Origin: Phycisphaerae bacterium
GTDB taxonomy: Bacteria; Planctomycetota; Phycisphaerae; UBA1845; Fen-1342
Length of the DNA: 64,000 nt
Reading direction: 5' to 3'
Assembly: GCA_963666925.2 (NCBI GenBank)
Contig: CAXXTC010000007.1
Location: forward strand, 320,001-384,000
Position 1 is the first letter of the stretch, and each line of letters starts with the position of its first letter. Position numbers and translations under genes: made by a program. Below are positions 30,937 to 43,251 of this stretch, piece after piece. The notes beneath the pieces are model-generated. The model made no database searches and had not been told where the DNA came from. It saw nothing but the letters and a program-made list of their open reading frames with translations.

Positions 30937-31707
30937 ATGCCAGTCAAGACCAAGCCGGATAGTGTCACCGCACTCTGGGATGACTTCCGCAAGACCGGAT
31001 CCACTAACGCACGAAACCGACTCGTCGAACATTACCTCCCGCTGGTACACAAGTTAGCCGAGATCATGGCCCGCAGACTCTGGCCACGAGTCTCCGCCGA
31101 CGAACTCGCCAGTGCCGGGTACGACGGCCTCATAGCAGCCGTCTCCTCGTTTGATCCGGACCGGGGTGTCAAATTTGAAACATATTGCCGCCAGCGTATC
31201 GTCGGAGCCATCCGCGACTGGCAGCGCGAGATCGACCCCCTCGGCCGCTCTGGCCGCAGCTTCGAACGTACCATGAACGCTGCCGATGAGCGCTTCCAGG
31301 CCGAGCACGGACGTCATCCGACGGCCGTCGAGTTGGCCGATCGCATGGGCATTTCGACCACCAAGTTCTCGCGGATGCGCAAGACGGTGGTCGCCTCACA
31401 TTGCGTCCCGCTAGAATGCAATCACGATCGCAACGACGATTCGCGAGCCAGCGCGCTCGTGCCCGTCGATCCCAGCCCGGGGCCGATGCACCACACCGAA
31501 CGCGAGCTGATCCGCGAGTACCTCACCCGCGGCCTCAAGGAACAGGACCGCCTCATCCTCACGCTCTACTACTACGAAAAGCTCACCATGGCCGCCATCG
31601 GCGCAGTCCTCGGCGTCAGCGAATCACGCGTCTGCCAGCGGCATGCGGAAATCGTCGAACAACTACGCAGCCGCTTTGCCAGCCAGGCTTGCGATCTGGT
31701 TGCCTGA
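30937..31707 (+). CDS. fliA: FliA/WhiG-family sigma-28 factor
   Basis: RNRLVEHYLPLV, FDPDRGVKFETY and LTMAAIGAVLGVSESRVCQRH motifs. Confidence 0.9.
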   Translation: MPVKTKPDSVTALWDDFRKTGSTNARNRLVEHYLPLVHKLAEIMARRLWPRVSADELASAGYDGLIAAVSSFDPDRGVKFETYCRQRIVGAIRDWQREIDPLGRSGRSFERTMNAADERFQAEHGRHPTAVELADRMGISTTKFSRMRKTVVASHCVPLECNHDRNDDSRASALVPVDPSPGPMHHTERELIREYLTRGLKEQDRLILTLYYYEKLTMAAIGAVLGVSESRVCQRHAEIVEQLRSRFASQACDLVA

Positions 31708-32364
31708 CCACCCGATATCCCCTCTATCCTCCTCCTCAGACCGGTGTTTCCCACTCGGAGGCGCCGGTCGGTTTTTTGCGCCCGCCTCCTGCTCAACCGC
31801 CGGCCGCGACGTCGGCTGCGTCGCCGCCGAACGCAACGCCTCCCGCAGGTTCTCATGCTTGGGTAAATCCTCAAACCCAAACCGTTTCATCTCTTCAAGA
31901 ACCTGTTCATATGTCCACCCCTGGACGTAGATGCGATATAGCCCGATCGCCAGCCCTGTCCGGTTTGTGCCCGCCGCACAGTGCACCAGCGTCGGCGGGG
32001 CACCATCGACGCGGAGCAACGCCAGAATCCGCTCCCGGTCGGCCGGCGTGCTCGCGCCGTTACCCCGTAGCGGGATGTTACACCACTCGATCCCCAGTCC
32101 GTCCGCCGCCGCCAGCTCAGCCACGCTCTCCGGATGATCCGGATCCAGCAGTGATATCACCCGGCCGATCCCGTATTTCTCGTGCACGTAGGTCAGCTCA
32201 CGCGGCGTAACCACGCCGCTGCGATAGAGCCGTCCCGGCACCACCTCGGCAAAACGTTTCGGCACCAGCCTCTGATGCAGCCACCAGCCCAAACTGCCCG
32301 CCGCCACCAGCAGAATAATCACGATGACTATCGCCGACCGGCACCGGCTTTTCCTAAAACCCAT
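31663..32364 (-). CDS. Membrane-anchored protein-tyrosine/dual-specificity phosphatase family protein (3' end uncertain)
   Basis: HCAAGTNRTG CX5R motif and GRLYRSG; the tail runs through the fliA terminator and may be over-extended. Confidence 0.85.
   Translation of the reverse strand: MGFRKSRCRSAIVIVIILLVAAGSLGWWLHQRLVPKRFAEVVPGRLYRSGVVTPRELTYVHEKYGIGRVISLLDPDHPESVAELAAADGLGIEWCNIPLRGNGASTPADRERILALLRVDGAPPTLVHCAAGTNRTGLAIGLYRIYVQGWTYEQVLEEMKRFGFEDLPKHENLREALRSAATQPTSRPAVEQEAGAKNRPAPPSGKHRSEEEDRGDIGWSGNQIASLAGKAAA
31739..31778 (+). terminator. Intrinsic terminator after fliA
   Basis: GACCGGTGTTTC/GAGGCGCCGGTC stem plus T6. Confidence 0.7.
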
Positions 32365-32541
32365 GCTGCACCCGTGGTAGGGGGGCCAACTCGCACACCT
32401 GCTCAGAGTGTAGCCCGTTCACCCGCCCCGGCAACGGCTCACAGCCGGTTCACGCCGACGCTGACCACCGCTACCATGCCACCTCTGCGGGCCGCTCACG
32501 CCGGCCGGCCACACGCTTTCGCACTCTCGCGGGAGAACGCT

Positions 32542-33378
32542 TTGATCCTCGCCTTCGGCATGTACGAGGAATTATGTCTGCTCGCCGTCGGTGCCGGTGC
32601 CGGTTTGCTCGGCGGCCTGCTCGGTGTCGGCGGCGGCATCATCATGATCCCCGCCATGGCCATAATCCTCGGCGACCAGTACGGCCAAAACTCCTTCCAC
32701 GTCTACAAGCTCGCCAGTATCACCGCCACTATCGTCCTTTCCGGCCTGGCCTGCTCTCGACACCGCCGCGCCGGCGCCATCGTCACCCCCATGGTCCGCA
32801 GCCAGCTCCCCCTCGCTACCCTGGGCGTCATCCTGGGCGTCCTCGTGGCCGGGACCTTCGTAGGTGATTACACCCCCATTCTCCGGCGAATCTTCGGCGG
32901 ATTCCTCGAACTGGTCGCGCTCGTCAATGTCTACCAGGCCCTGCTCGCCCGCCGAGGCACCGCCCACCTCGTCGACCGGTGCCCCATGCCACGCCGCTGG
33001 GCACTCCTGGGCACCGTCGTCGGCCTGCCATCCGGCATCATCGCCGGCCTGCTCGGAATCGGCGGCGGAGTCTGGGCCGTACCCGCCCAACGCCTCCTCA
33101 TCGGCGTCCGCATCCGCAACGCCATCGCCAATTCCGCCACCCTCATCGTCGGTATTGCCGTCGCCGCCAACATCAGCCTCAGCCTGCAACTCGCCCGCAT
33201 CGCTCCCGAACAGCAACTCTACCTCACCGGCTGGCGCCTCGCCGCCTGGCTCGTCCCCGGAGCACTCGGCGGAGCCTGGATCGGCGCCGGCCTCACCCAC
33301 CGTCTCCCCACCGGCTGGCTCCGGTACGCTTTCCAGGCCCTCCTCATCGTGAGCGGCCTGCGACTGCTCCTCGGTTGA
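32542..33378 (+). CDS. TauE/SafE (TSUP) family transporter
   Basis: Two GLLG(V/I)GGG repeats, multiple TM segments. Confidence 0.9.
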   Translation: MILAFGMYEELCLLAVGAGAGLLGGLLGVGGGIIMIPAMAIILGDQYGQNSFHVYKLASITATIVLSGLACSRHRRAGAIVTPMVRSQLPLATLGVILGVLVAGTFVGDYTPILRRIFGGFLELVALVNVYQALLARRGTAHLVDRCPMPRRWALLGTVVGLPSGIIAGLLGIGGGVWAVPAQRLLIGVRIRNAIANSATLIVGIAVAANISLSLQLARIAPEQQLYLTGWRLAAWLVPGALGGAWIGAGLTHRLPTGWLRYAFQALLIVSGLRLLLG

Positions 33379-33417
33379 AGAATTCGCCTTTTCCAAGCCC
33401 TACCAACAAAATCCCGG

Positions 33418-33447
33418 TTGCAGAAACCCCACCGCAGTGAATAAAAT
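33418..33447 (+). promoter_or_regulatory. Putative sigma70 promoter of rpsA, TTGCAG-N18-TAAAAT
   Basis: Near-consensus hexamers in an AT-rich patch upstream of rpsA. Confidence 0.5.
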
Positions 33448-33590
33448 ATTAAATTCTCGCGTCTCAAGAGGTGCCGAATGGTCCGGCACGCGACGCGGCA
33501 GCCACCTAACCGTTCCCCCCAGGAAAATCTTCGGCAGCTGACCGGCGTCGGGTGGTGCGCACTTCCGCCAGCGAGCCACAGGAAATCTCA

Positions 33591-35495
<1,905 letters not shown>

Positions 35496-35523
35496 AGCGG
35501 ACCTCACGCGTTTGAATCATCCC

Positions 35524-35560
35524 GGGCCCGGCGGTTGTGCCTGCACAACTGCCGGGCCCG
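35524..35560. terminator. Hairpin after rpsA
   Basis: GGGCCCGGCGGTTGTGC/GCACAACTGCCGGGCCC. Confidence 0.6.
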
Positions 35561-35840
35561 TCTCATGCGCACACCATCGGAATGGGTGCCCCATCCCGTT
35601 GCACAGCACGGGGTGGGGGGGGCGACATTCTGCCGATGGTGCGAAACTCCCCTGAACGTGTACCGCCCTGCCACTGCTCTGTGAGCAGTGCAAAGCGCAG
35701 CAACGCTTCGCCGCGCCCCTATTCCGGCCGGTAGCCAGCCCCGCCCTGCCACTGCTCTGTGAGCAGTGCATTCTCAAGTGGGTGGCATGTTCGCCCGCGC
35801 AAACGCCGCATCGCGCCCCTTCGCACAGTGCGCTCTATCG

Positions 35841-37493
35841 CTACAGCTCCGGCCCGCCGTCATACTCGCCATAAACCGTCTTCAGCAACGCCATCATCTC
35901 GCCGACCGTCGCGCGCGCCTCGGCCGCCTCGACGAGCGCCGGCATGACGTTCCCACCGTCGGTCGCAACCTGGCGCAGCGTGTCCAGCGTTTCCTCGACG
36001 CGCTGCTTATCGCGTGACTGCTTCAGCTCTTTGACGCGTTGCATCTGTTCGCGCTCGACGTGCTCGTCGATCTTCAGCGTCTGAATCCGCTCATAGTTCC
36101 GGTCGATGTGCTTGTTCACGCCGACCATGATGCGCTCACCCCGGTCAAACTCGGCGCCGTATTTGTGTGACGAATCGGCAATCGCCCGCCGGAAATACCC
36201 TTGCTCCGTAGCCGGCAGCACGCCGCCGAAGTGGTTGTAAACGTGGTCGATGATATCCTGCGCCTGTTGCTGCACCTGCGTCGTCAGGTTCTCGACGAAA
36301 TAGCTCCCGCCCAGCGGATCTACCGTCCGCGTCACGCCGGTCTCGTCCGCAATGATCTGCTGCGTGCGCAGCGCAATCTTGACGGCATTCTCAGTCGGCA
36401 GCGCCAGCGTCTCGTCCATGCTGTTCGTGTGCAGGCTCTGTGTCCCGCCCAGAACGGCCGCCAGCGCCTGATATGCCACGCGGATGATGTTCACCATCGG
36501 CTGCTGCTCGGTCAGCGAAACGCCCGCCGTCTGGCAATGGCACCGCAGCCACCACGAGCGCTCCTGCTTCGCCTCATACCGATCGCGCATGATATGAGCC
36601 CACATCCGCCGGGCCGCCCGCAGCTTGGCGATCTCCTCGAAAAACTCGTTATGCACATCCCAGAAGAAGCTCAGCCGCGGTGCAAACGCGTCGACGTCCA
36701 GCCCGCGCTTGATCGCCTCTTCCGTATAGCACATGCCATCGGCGATGGTGAACGCCAGCTCCTGCGAGGCGGTAGCGCCGGCCTCGCGAATGTGATACCC
36801 GCTCACGCTCACGGTGTTCCATTGCGGCATGTGGTGCGTGCAATACTCGATCGTGTCGATAACGAGCTTCACGCTCGGCCCCGGCGGAAACACAAACTCG
36901 TTCTGCGCGTGGAACTCCTTCAGAATATCGTTCTGAAGCGTCCCGCGCAGCCGATCCAGCGCCACGCCCTGCTTCCGCGCGACACAAATATAAAACGCCA
37001 GCAAAATGGCCGCCGGCGCGTTGATGGTCATGCTCGTGCTGACTTCGCCCAGGTTGATCCCGTCGAACAAAACCAGCATGTCGTCCAGCGAGCTGATCGC
37101 CACCCCGCATTTGCCCACCTCGCCCAGCGACAGCTTGTCGTCCGAATCCCGCCCCATCAGCGTTGGCAGGTCAAACGCGGTTGACAGCCCCGTCTGCCCG
37201 TGCTCGAGCAGATACTTGAACCGCTCGTTTGTCTGACGGGCCGTACCCATGCCCGCAAACTGCCGCATCGTCCAGATCCGCTGGCGATACATGTCCGGGT
37301 GCATCCCACGCGTAAACGGAAACTGCCCCGGCTGGCCGATGTCGCTGCGATAGTCCGTGTCGGCGATATCTTCCGGCGTGTACACCTGTTTGATCGGTAG
37401 GCCGGACATGGTTGTCGGCACGCTGGTCAGATAGTCGTCCTGAAGGCCGTCGTTCTTATTGGACTGGTCGCCGCGAGCCACACGCGTGCTCAT
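35841..37493 (-). CDS. B12-dependent acyl-CoA mutase large (substrate-binding) subunit, isobutyryl-CoA-mutase-like
   Basis: WTMRQFAG, GLSTAFDLPT, QNDILKEFHAQ, SGYHIREAG and QSLHTNSMDE motifs; no B12-binding domain. Confidence 0.9.
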   Translation of the reverse strand: MSTRVARGDQSNKNDGLQDDYLTSVPTTMSGLPIKQVYTPEDIADTDYRSDIGQPGQFPFTRGMHPDMYRQRIWTMRQFAGMGTARQTNERFKYLLEHGQTGLSTAFDLPTLMGRDSDDKLSLGEVGKCGVAISSLDDMLVLFDGINLGEVSTSMTINAPAAILLAFYICVARKQGVALDRLRGTLQNDILKEFHAQNEFVFPPGPSVKLVIDTIEYCTHHMPQWNTVSVSGYHIREAGATASQELAFTIADGMCYTEEAIKRGLDVDAFAPRLSFFWDVHNEFFEEIAKLRAARRMWAHIMRDRYEAKQERSWWLRCHCQTAGVSLTEQQPMVNIIRVAYQALAAVLGGTQSLHTNSMDETLALPTENAVKIALRTQQIIADETGVTRTVDPLGGSYFVENLTTQVQQQAQDIIDHVYNHFGGVLPATEQGYFRRAIADSSHKYGAEFDRGERIMVGVNKHIDRNYERIQTLKIDEHVEREQMQRVKELKQSRDKQRVEETLDTLRQVATDGGNVMPALVEAAEARATVGEMMALLKTVYGEYDGGPEL

Positions 37494-37638
37494 AACTTCT
37501 CCTGTAGCGCTCGGTGGATATGCGCCGCACCGAAACTAACCGGGCGGACTCCTGCGGTCGCGTCCGCTGTGCGGATGGTCTATTCTAACGCGTTCCAGCA
37601 TGGTTTTCACTCCGGTCCCCGCAATAGGAGACGTTTCG

Positions 37639-40176
37639 ATGCGCTATCTGAAGCTGTTTTCAGCCCTATGTGTGGCCCTTATGGCGTCGGCGCAGACGTG
37701 GGGACAGGCGGAATCCATCTCATTCTCCGGGCTGTCAGAGGGCACGCCGGCCACCTCGACCCCACAATTACTCCTGCTCGATCGCGTCGGACGTTACGGC
37801 CGCGCGCCGGTGCACATCGACCCGGCCGAAGCTGCCATCATCCACAACGAGTGGCAGACCCCGCACGCCGGCGACACGCTACGCGGCGCCGACGGTGAAG
37901 ACCACGCTTGGCGCGCCGTCACGCCCACCGACGACGGCTGGATTCGTGACGATGCTCTCTTCGGCGGCTACATTTCCTGGCAACTCAATCTCGACCAATC
38001 GGGCGTCTGGCTGCTCCACGCCCGCGGCCACAGCCTCGTTTACGTCAACGGCCTGCCCCGCGCCGGCGACCCCTACAACACCGGCTGGAGCGTCTTGCCC
38101 GTCTGGCTCCGCGAGGGCGACAACGAGCTGCTGTTCGTCGTCGGACGCGGACAGGTCTGGGCGGAATTACGCTCACCAGACCACACCGTCGGCTTCAATT
38201 CTCGCGACCTGACATTGCCGACTCTCATTCGCGGATCGACCGACCAACCCTGGCTCGGCGTCCCGATCTACAACACGCAGCGCGAACCCGCACGCGGGTT
38301 GGTCGTGACGGCCCAGTATCCCGACGAAACTCAGCTACAAACGCCAATCAGCACGATTCCGCCGCTGGGCATGCACAAAGTCGGCATACAGGTCCCACCC
38401 GCGGGAGAAACATCTGCCCAAGAGCTCAAGGTCGTCCTGCAACTGCACACCACCGCCGAGCCCGACGCCGAACTACTCGACGAACTCGAGGTGAAGCTCG
38501 ACGTCCGTGACGTACACGACCGCCAATCACGCACATTCATCAGCAACATCGACAACAGCGTGCAGTATTTCGCCGTCACCCCGGCCCAGCCCGCGGAGCC
38601 GGACGCCGAACCGCCGGCCGGCCCGCTCGCGCTTTTCCTGACCCTGCACGGCGCGGGCGTCGAAGCCCGTGGTCAGGCCGCCGCCTACCAGCCCAAAACC
38701 TGGGGCCACGTCGTCGCCCCGACCAATCGCCGCCCCTACGGCTTCGATTGGGAGGACTGGGGCCGCATAGACGCCCTCGAAGTCCTCGCCGACGCCCGGC
38801 AAATCTGGGACATCGATCCCCAGCGCATCTACCTCACCGGCCATTCGATGGGTGGCCACGGCGTATGGCAGGTCGGCGTGCAATACACCGATCGCTTCGC
38901 CGCACTCGGACCCAGCGCCGCCTGGTCAGACTTCTGGGCCTATGCCGGAGCCGCCGACTACGAAGACCCCACACCCATCGAGCAAATCCTAAAACGCGCC
39001 ACCCTCCCCAGCCGCACCCGCGAGCTATCACGCAACTACGCCGACACCGGCGTCTACATCCTCCACGGCGGCGCCGACGACAACGTCCCGACCAGTCTCG
39101 GCCGCGACATGGTCAAGCACCTCGCCGAGTTCCATGGCGACTTTACCTACTACGAGCAGCCCGGCGCCGGCCACTGGTGGGGCAATCAGTGCGTTGACTG
39201 GCCGCCGATGTTCAGCTTCTTCAAAGAGCACACCCTGCCCGACCGCGCCGCCGTCAACCACGTCGAGTTTTGCACCGGCAACCCCAACGTCGCGTCCCGT
39301 TGCCACTGGGTCACTATCGCCCAGCAACAGCGTTCCCTTGTGATCAGCCGCGTCGACCTGACCGCCGACCGCGAGCAGTGCAAAATCGTCGGCACCACCG
39401 AGAACGTCGCCCGCCTCGAACTCGACCTCGCCTGCGGCCTGATCGAACCCGCCGACCCACTACAGCTCACGCTCGACGACCAGACGCTGGCCGACATAGC
39501 CTGGCCTGAGGATGGCCAACTTAATCTCGAACACGCTGACGACACCTGGCACGTCGCCGGCCCGCTCGCTCCGCAAATGAAAGGCCCGCACCGCGCCGGA
39601 CCGTTCAAGGCCGCCTTCAACCACAACTTCCTGCTCGTCTACGGCACCCGCGGCACCGCCGATGAAAACGCCGCTCTCTTCAACCAGGCCCGCTACGCCG
39701 CCGAGACCTTCTGGTACCGCGGCAACGGCGCCCCAGAGATGCTGCCCGACACCGATTTCGATCCGCACGACCAGCCCGATAGGGGGGTGATCCTCTACGG
39801 AAACGCCGAAACCAACGCCGCCTGGGAAACGCTGCTCGCCGACAGCCCGATCAAGGTATATCGTGGCCGCGTGATACTCGCGGAGCGGTCGCTCACCGCC
39901 AGCAACTTCGCCTGTCTGCTCGTACGCCCCCGCCCCGGCAGCGACGTGGCCCTCGTCGCTGCCATCGCCGGCACCAGCCTCGAAGGCCAACGCCTGACAG
40001 AACGCCTGCCCTATTTCGTCTCCGGCGTCAGCTATCCCGACTGGATCGTCATCGACACCACGGCATTGGCGGACGGCCCCACAGGTGTCCGCGCCGCCGG
40101 CTTCTTCGCCAACGACTGGTCCTACAAACCGACCGACAGCCCCTTCACCGGCAAACCACCAAAAGAGCCCCGCTAA
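37639..40176 (+). CDS. Secreted alpha/beta-hydrolase (S9 peptidase/esterase-like) multidomain protein
   Basis: AGGAG SD and signal peptide; LHGAG, GHSMGG nucleophile elbow, HGGADDNVP and GHWW motifs. Confidence 0.85.
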   Translation: MRYLKLFSALCVALMASAQTWGQAESISFSGLSEGTPATSTPQLLLLDRVGRYGRAPVHIDPAEAAIIHNEWQTPHAGDTLRGADGEDHAWRAVTPTDDGWIRDDALFGGYISWQLNLDQSGVWLLHARGHSLVYVNGLPRAGDPYNTGWSVLPVWLREGDNELLFVVGRGQVWAELRSPDHTVGFNSRDLTLPTLIRGSTDQPWLGVPIYNTQREPARGLVVTAQYPDETQLQTPISTIPPLGMHKVGIQVPPAGETSAQELKVVLQLHTTAEPDAELLDELEVKLDVRDVHDRQSRTFISNIDNSVQYFAVTPAQPAEPDAEPPAGPLALFLTLHGAGVEARGQAAAYQPKTWGHVVAPTNRRPYGFDWEDWGRIDALEVLADARQIWDIDPQRIYLTGHSMGGHGVWQVGVQYTDRFAALGPSAAWSDFWAYAGAADYEDPTPIEQILKRATLPSRTRELSRNYADTGVYILHGGADDNVPTSLGRDMVKHLAEFHGDFTYYEQPGAGHWWGNQCVDWPPMFSFFKEHTLPDRAAVNHVEFCTGNPNVASRCHWVTIAQQQRSLVISRVDLTADREQCKIVGTTENVARLELDLACGLIEPADPLQLTLDDQTLADIAWPEDGQLNLEHADDTWHVAGPLAPQMKGPHRAGPFKAAFNHNFLLVYGTRGTADENAALFNQARYAAETFWYRGNGAPEMLPDTDFDPHDQPDRGVILYGNAETNAAWETLLADSPIKVYRGRVILAERSLTASNFACLLVRPRPGSDVALVAAIAGTSLEGQRLTERLPYFVSGVSYPDWIVIDTTALADGPTGVRAAGFFANDWSYKPTDSPFTGKPPKEPR

Positions 40177-40511
40177 AGCATCTTAAAAAACGATCCATGC
40201 TGCCGCCTCCGTGCCACTGCTCTTGAGCAGTGCATTCTCAGGTACCACCGCTCAGACTTGTCAACGCCCGGCGGGTGAAATCGCTCCAGCATCTTCGCCA
40301 CCGGCTGCGCCACCAAGGTGTTGACAAACGCCCGCCTGGCGCTAATAAAAACGCTTTCTACTCGCAGCGCCGCTCATACCGGGCGGTTCGCACGATTTGT
40401 GCAGGCAGTTTGTTCGGCAGGGTGTGGCCTTGCCGGGCTTTTCCCAGAGCGCGGGCGGCGCGTCCCTGTTGACCGGGATCTGACTGACGCCGCCACCAAG
40501 GAGTCAACGTA

Positions 40512-40739
40512 ATGTCCAAGTATAAGGTCGAGGTCGATCGCGAGCTTTGCATCGGCGACGGTGCCTGTGTGGGTGAAGCACCGAACACGTTCGAAATGGA
40601 CGACGACAACATCGCCATCGTCAAGGACGAAAATGGCCACACCGACGAGGAAATCCTCCAGGCGGCCCAGGTTTGTCCGGTCGATGCCATTATTCTGACC
40701 GACACGGAAACCGGCGAAAAGGTCTGGCCCCAGGGCTAG
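40512..40739 (+). CDS. Monocluster ferredoxin (CxxDxxC...CP)
   Basis: CIGDGAC...VCPVDAI; AAGGAG SD. Confidence 0.92.
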   Translation: MSKYKVEVDRELCIGDGACVGEAPNTFEMDDDNIAIVKDENGHTDEEILQAAQVCPVDAIILTDTETGEKVWPQG

Positions 40740-41114
40740 CCACCGCCGCCGGCCGCGGGCACGCTGCCAACCAGCCGCCCGAGGCCAATCCAGCGATCCA
40801 AGCACGCGGGGCGCGTGTCAACCCCGACACGCGCCTTCGCGTGCTTCTATGCTGCGCCGGGTCGGCATAGCGGCGGCTGCGGCAGGCAATAACGACCGTT
40901 TTCCTGGCTGCACATCTTTCACACACGCAGGGCGCAGGGCATAATCACAGTCAGTCCAACGCGAGCCAGGAGTCAACGCGTATGACACTGGTTATGCTTG
41001 TGATAATGTGGTCGCATGAGCCTGCCTGATCGTGGTATGGTCCTTGCGACATGAACTCGTTGGGGTAACGCTTGGTTCCGAGATGGGCCGGCCAGCGGGC
41101 TGGACGGGTGACAC

Positions 41115-42386
41115 ATGATCAGGTTGATAGAAGCTCTGAATTACCGATGTTTGCGCTACGTGCGCCAACATCTGAGCGACTTCCAGATCCTGATCGGCCC
41201 AAACGCGAGCGGCAAAACCACGTTTCTCGACGTAGTGAGCTTCATGAGCGACCTGCTGTCCCAGGGGCTGGACGAGGCGATCACGAATCGCTCCACCGAT
41301 ATACACCATCTGCTCTTTGGCCAGCAGGGAGCACGTTTCGAAGTCGCTGTCGAGTTGGAGATCCCTCAGGATCGTCTCGATCGATTGGAATCCGCGCAGC
41401 CGTTCAAACGAGTACGCTACGAGATATCCGTCGGTCTGGCGTCGGATTCCGGTGAGTACCACATTCTCGATGAACAGGTCATCCTGCGGGGACCTTCCAA
41501 TGCACGTGTTCAACAGAAGATTCTCTTCCCGGATCCAGCCCTGCCGCCCGAGTCCATTATGCACACGCGTGCCAGGACCGACAGTGACGAGCGACGGGTT
41601 GTTCGCAAGGTGTCGGGCGGGAACGACAACTTCTATTCGGAGGTTGCTGAGCGCAAGGGGCGCGGTGGGTGGGCGCCGTCCATAAAACTCGGTCCGCGAA
41701 GGTCGGCCCTGGCGAACATGCCGGAGGACGAGAACCGCTTCCCGGTCTCGACCTGGCTGCGCGACACGCTCATGAACGGCACGCAGAAACTGATGCTCAA
41801 CAGCCTGGCATTACGCCAGAGCAGTCGCCCTGGCCAGGGTCGTCAGTTCAGGCCCGATGGCAGCAACTTGCCGTGGGTAATCCAACATCTCCGGGACACC
41901 GACCCCGAGCGGTACCGCCAGTGGATCAGGCACTTGCAGACTGCGTTGCCCGACATTGAAGACGTCACGACCGTTGAGCTGCCGGATACCAAGCACCGCT
42001 TCTTGCAGATCCAGTACCGTGGCGGGTTGAACGTCCCATCCTGGACAGCCTCTGACGGAACGCTTCGCATGCTGGCTCTGACTCTGCCGGCCTTCTTGCC
42101 GAACCTGGCCGGCATCTACCTCATAGAAGAGCCGGAAAACGGCATTCACCCGATGGCGATGGAGACGGTCTACCAAGCCCTGCGGTCGGTCCACGGTGCT
42201 CAGATTCTGCTCGCGACGCACTCGCCAGTCATTCTTGGCTGCGCCGAGATCGATGAGGTTCTGTGCTTCAAGAAGGATGACTCCGGTGCGACAGACGTCG
42301 TTGCAGGTCGGCAGCATCCCCGTCTGCGTGACTGGCGCGACAGCCTCAACCTGGGCGACCTGTACGCCTCCGGGTTGCTCGGATGA
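41115..42386 (+). CDS. ABC/AAA_21 ATPase, MADS Mad3-like
   Basis: GPNASGKT Walker A, SDGTLRML signature, IEEPENGIHP Walker B, THSP. Confidence 0.85.
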   Translation: MIRLIEALNYRCLRYVRQHLSDFQILIGPNASGKTTFLDVVSFMSDLLSQGLDEAITNRSTDIHHLLFGQQGARFEVAVELEIPQDRLDRLESAQPFKRVRYEISVGLASDSGEYHILDEQVILRGPSNARVQQKILFPDPALPPESIMHTRARTDSDERRVVRKVSGGNDNFYSEVAERKGRGGWAPSIKLGPRRSALANMPEDENRFPVSTWLRDTLMNGTQKLMLNSLALRQSSRPGQGRQFRPDGSNLPWVIQHLRDTDPERYRQWIRHLQTALPDIEDVTTVELPDTKHRFLQIQYRGGLNVPSWTASDGTLRMLALTLPAFLPNLAGIYLIEEPENGIHPMAMETVYQALRSVHGAQILLATHSPVILGCAEIDEVLCFKKDDSGATDVVAGRQHPRLRDWRDSLNLGDLYASGLLG

Positions 42387-43090
42387 GCAGGCGGGACCTG
42401 TTCGTGGTGGTGGCTGATCTTGATGCGGAAAATGTCATCAAGACCCTGCTCAGCACCAGGAAGAAGGCTCTCGGCGTCGCCGTCGACTTCGATCCCGATA
42501 CCGATTTCTTACGCTACAACAAGCGCGATTCCGGCTGCTACCAGGACGCGGTGAGCGTGCTGACACCACCGCGGCGCACGCATGAGCATGCCCTGATCAT
42601 TTTTGACCGGCACGGGTGTGGCGCAGAGAGCGCCGATCGCAAGGCAATTGAGGACGACGTGGAGCGGCGTCTACGCGGCAGTGGCTGGCCCGCAGGAATG
42701 GCCGCCGCCGTCGTAATCGACCCCGAGTTAGAAGCGTGGGTCTGGTCGACGTCGCCGCACGTTGCCAATGTGCTGGGCTGGGGCGAACACAGGAACCGAC
42801 TGCGTCCGTTCCTCGCGGACGCGAGATTGTGGGACGCCCAGACGCACAAGCCGACGCAGCCAAAGGAGGCGGTAAGGTCGGCCGTCAGACATAAGCGGGC
42901 GCGCTTCACCGCCGCGTCCTTTGCGGATCTTGCGGAGAACGTGAGCGTTGATGGCTGCCACGATGAGGCCTTCTGCAAGCTGTGCGAGACCCTGGTGCGG
43001 TGGTTCGGGACAGCAGGCTCTGGCACAGACTCCGGCGAGCCGGAGCTGCCGGACCCGGACACCCGCTCTACTGACTCTTCGAGCGGTTGA
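42383..43090 (+). CDS. Mad4-like (TOPRIM-like) partner protein
   Basis: ATGA overlap with the ATPase; DLFVVVAD, FDRHGCG, IDPELEAWVW and PKE motifs, as recalled from the Mad4 family. Confidence 0.65.
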   Translation: MSRRDLFVVVADLDAENVIKTLLSTRKKALGVAVDFDPDTDFLRYNKRDSGCYQDAVSVLTPPRRTHEHALIIFDRHGCGAESADRKAIEDDVERRLRGSGWPAGMAAAVVIDPELEAWVWSTSPHVANVLGWGEHRNRLRPFLADARLWDAQTHKPTQPKEAVRSAVRHKRARFTAASFADLAENVSVDGCHDEAFCKLCETLVRWFGTAGSGTDSGEPELPDPDTRSTDSSSG

Positions 43091-43251
43091 TTCGCATGAG
43101 CAGATATGAATAACGGGTAGCCGATGATGCCTTGACCCCGCCGATCCCACCACAAACCACAACATTCCACACCCCGGCGCCTTTCAGCAAGCTCACACTG
43201 CTGCCATAATCACACCCCCGAATTAACCATACTGATCAGCGAGGTCGCAAA

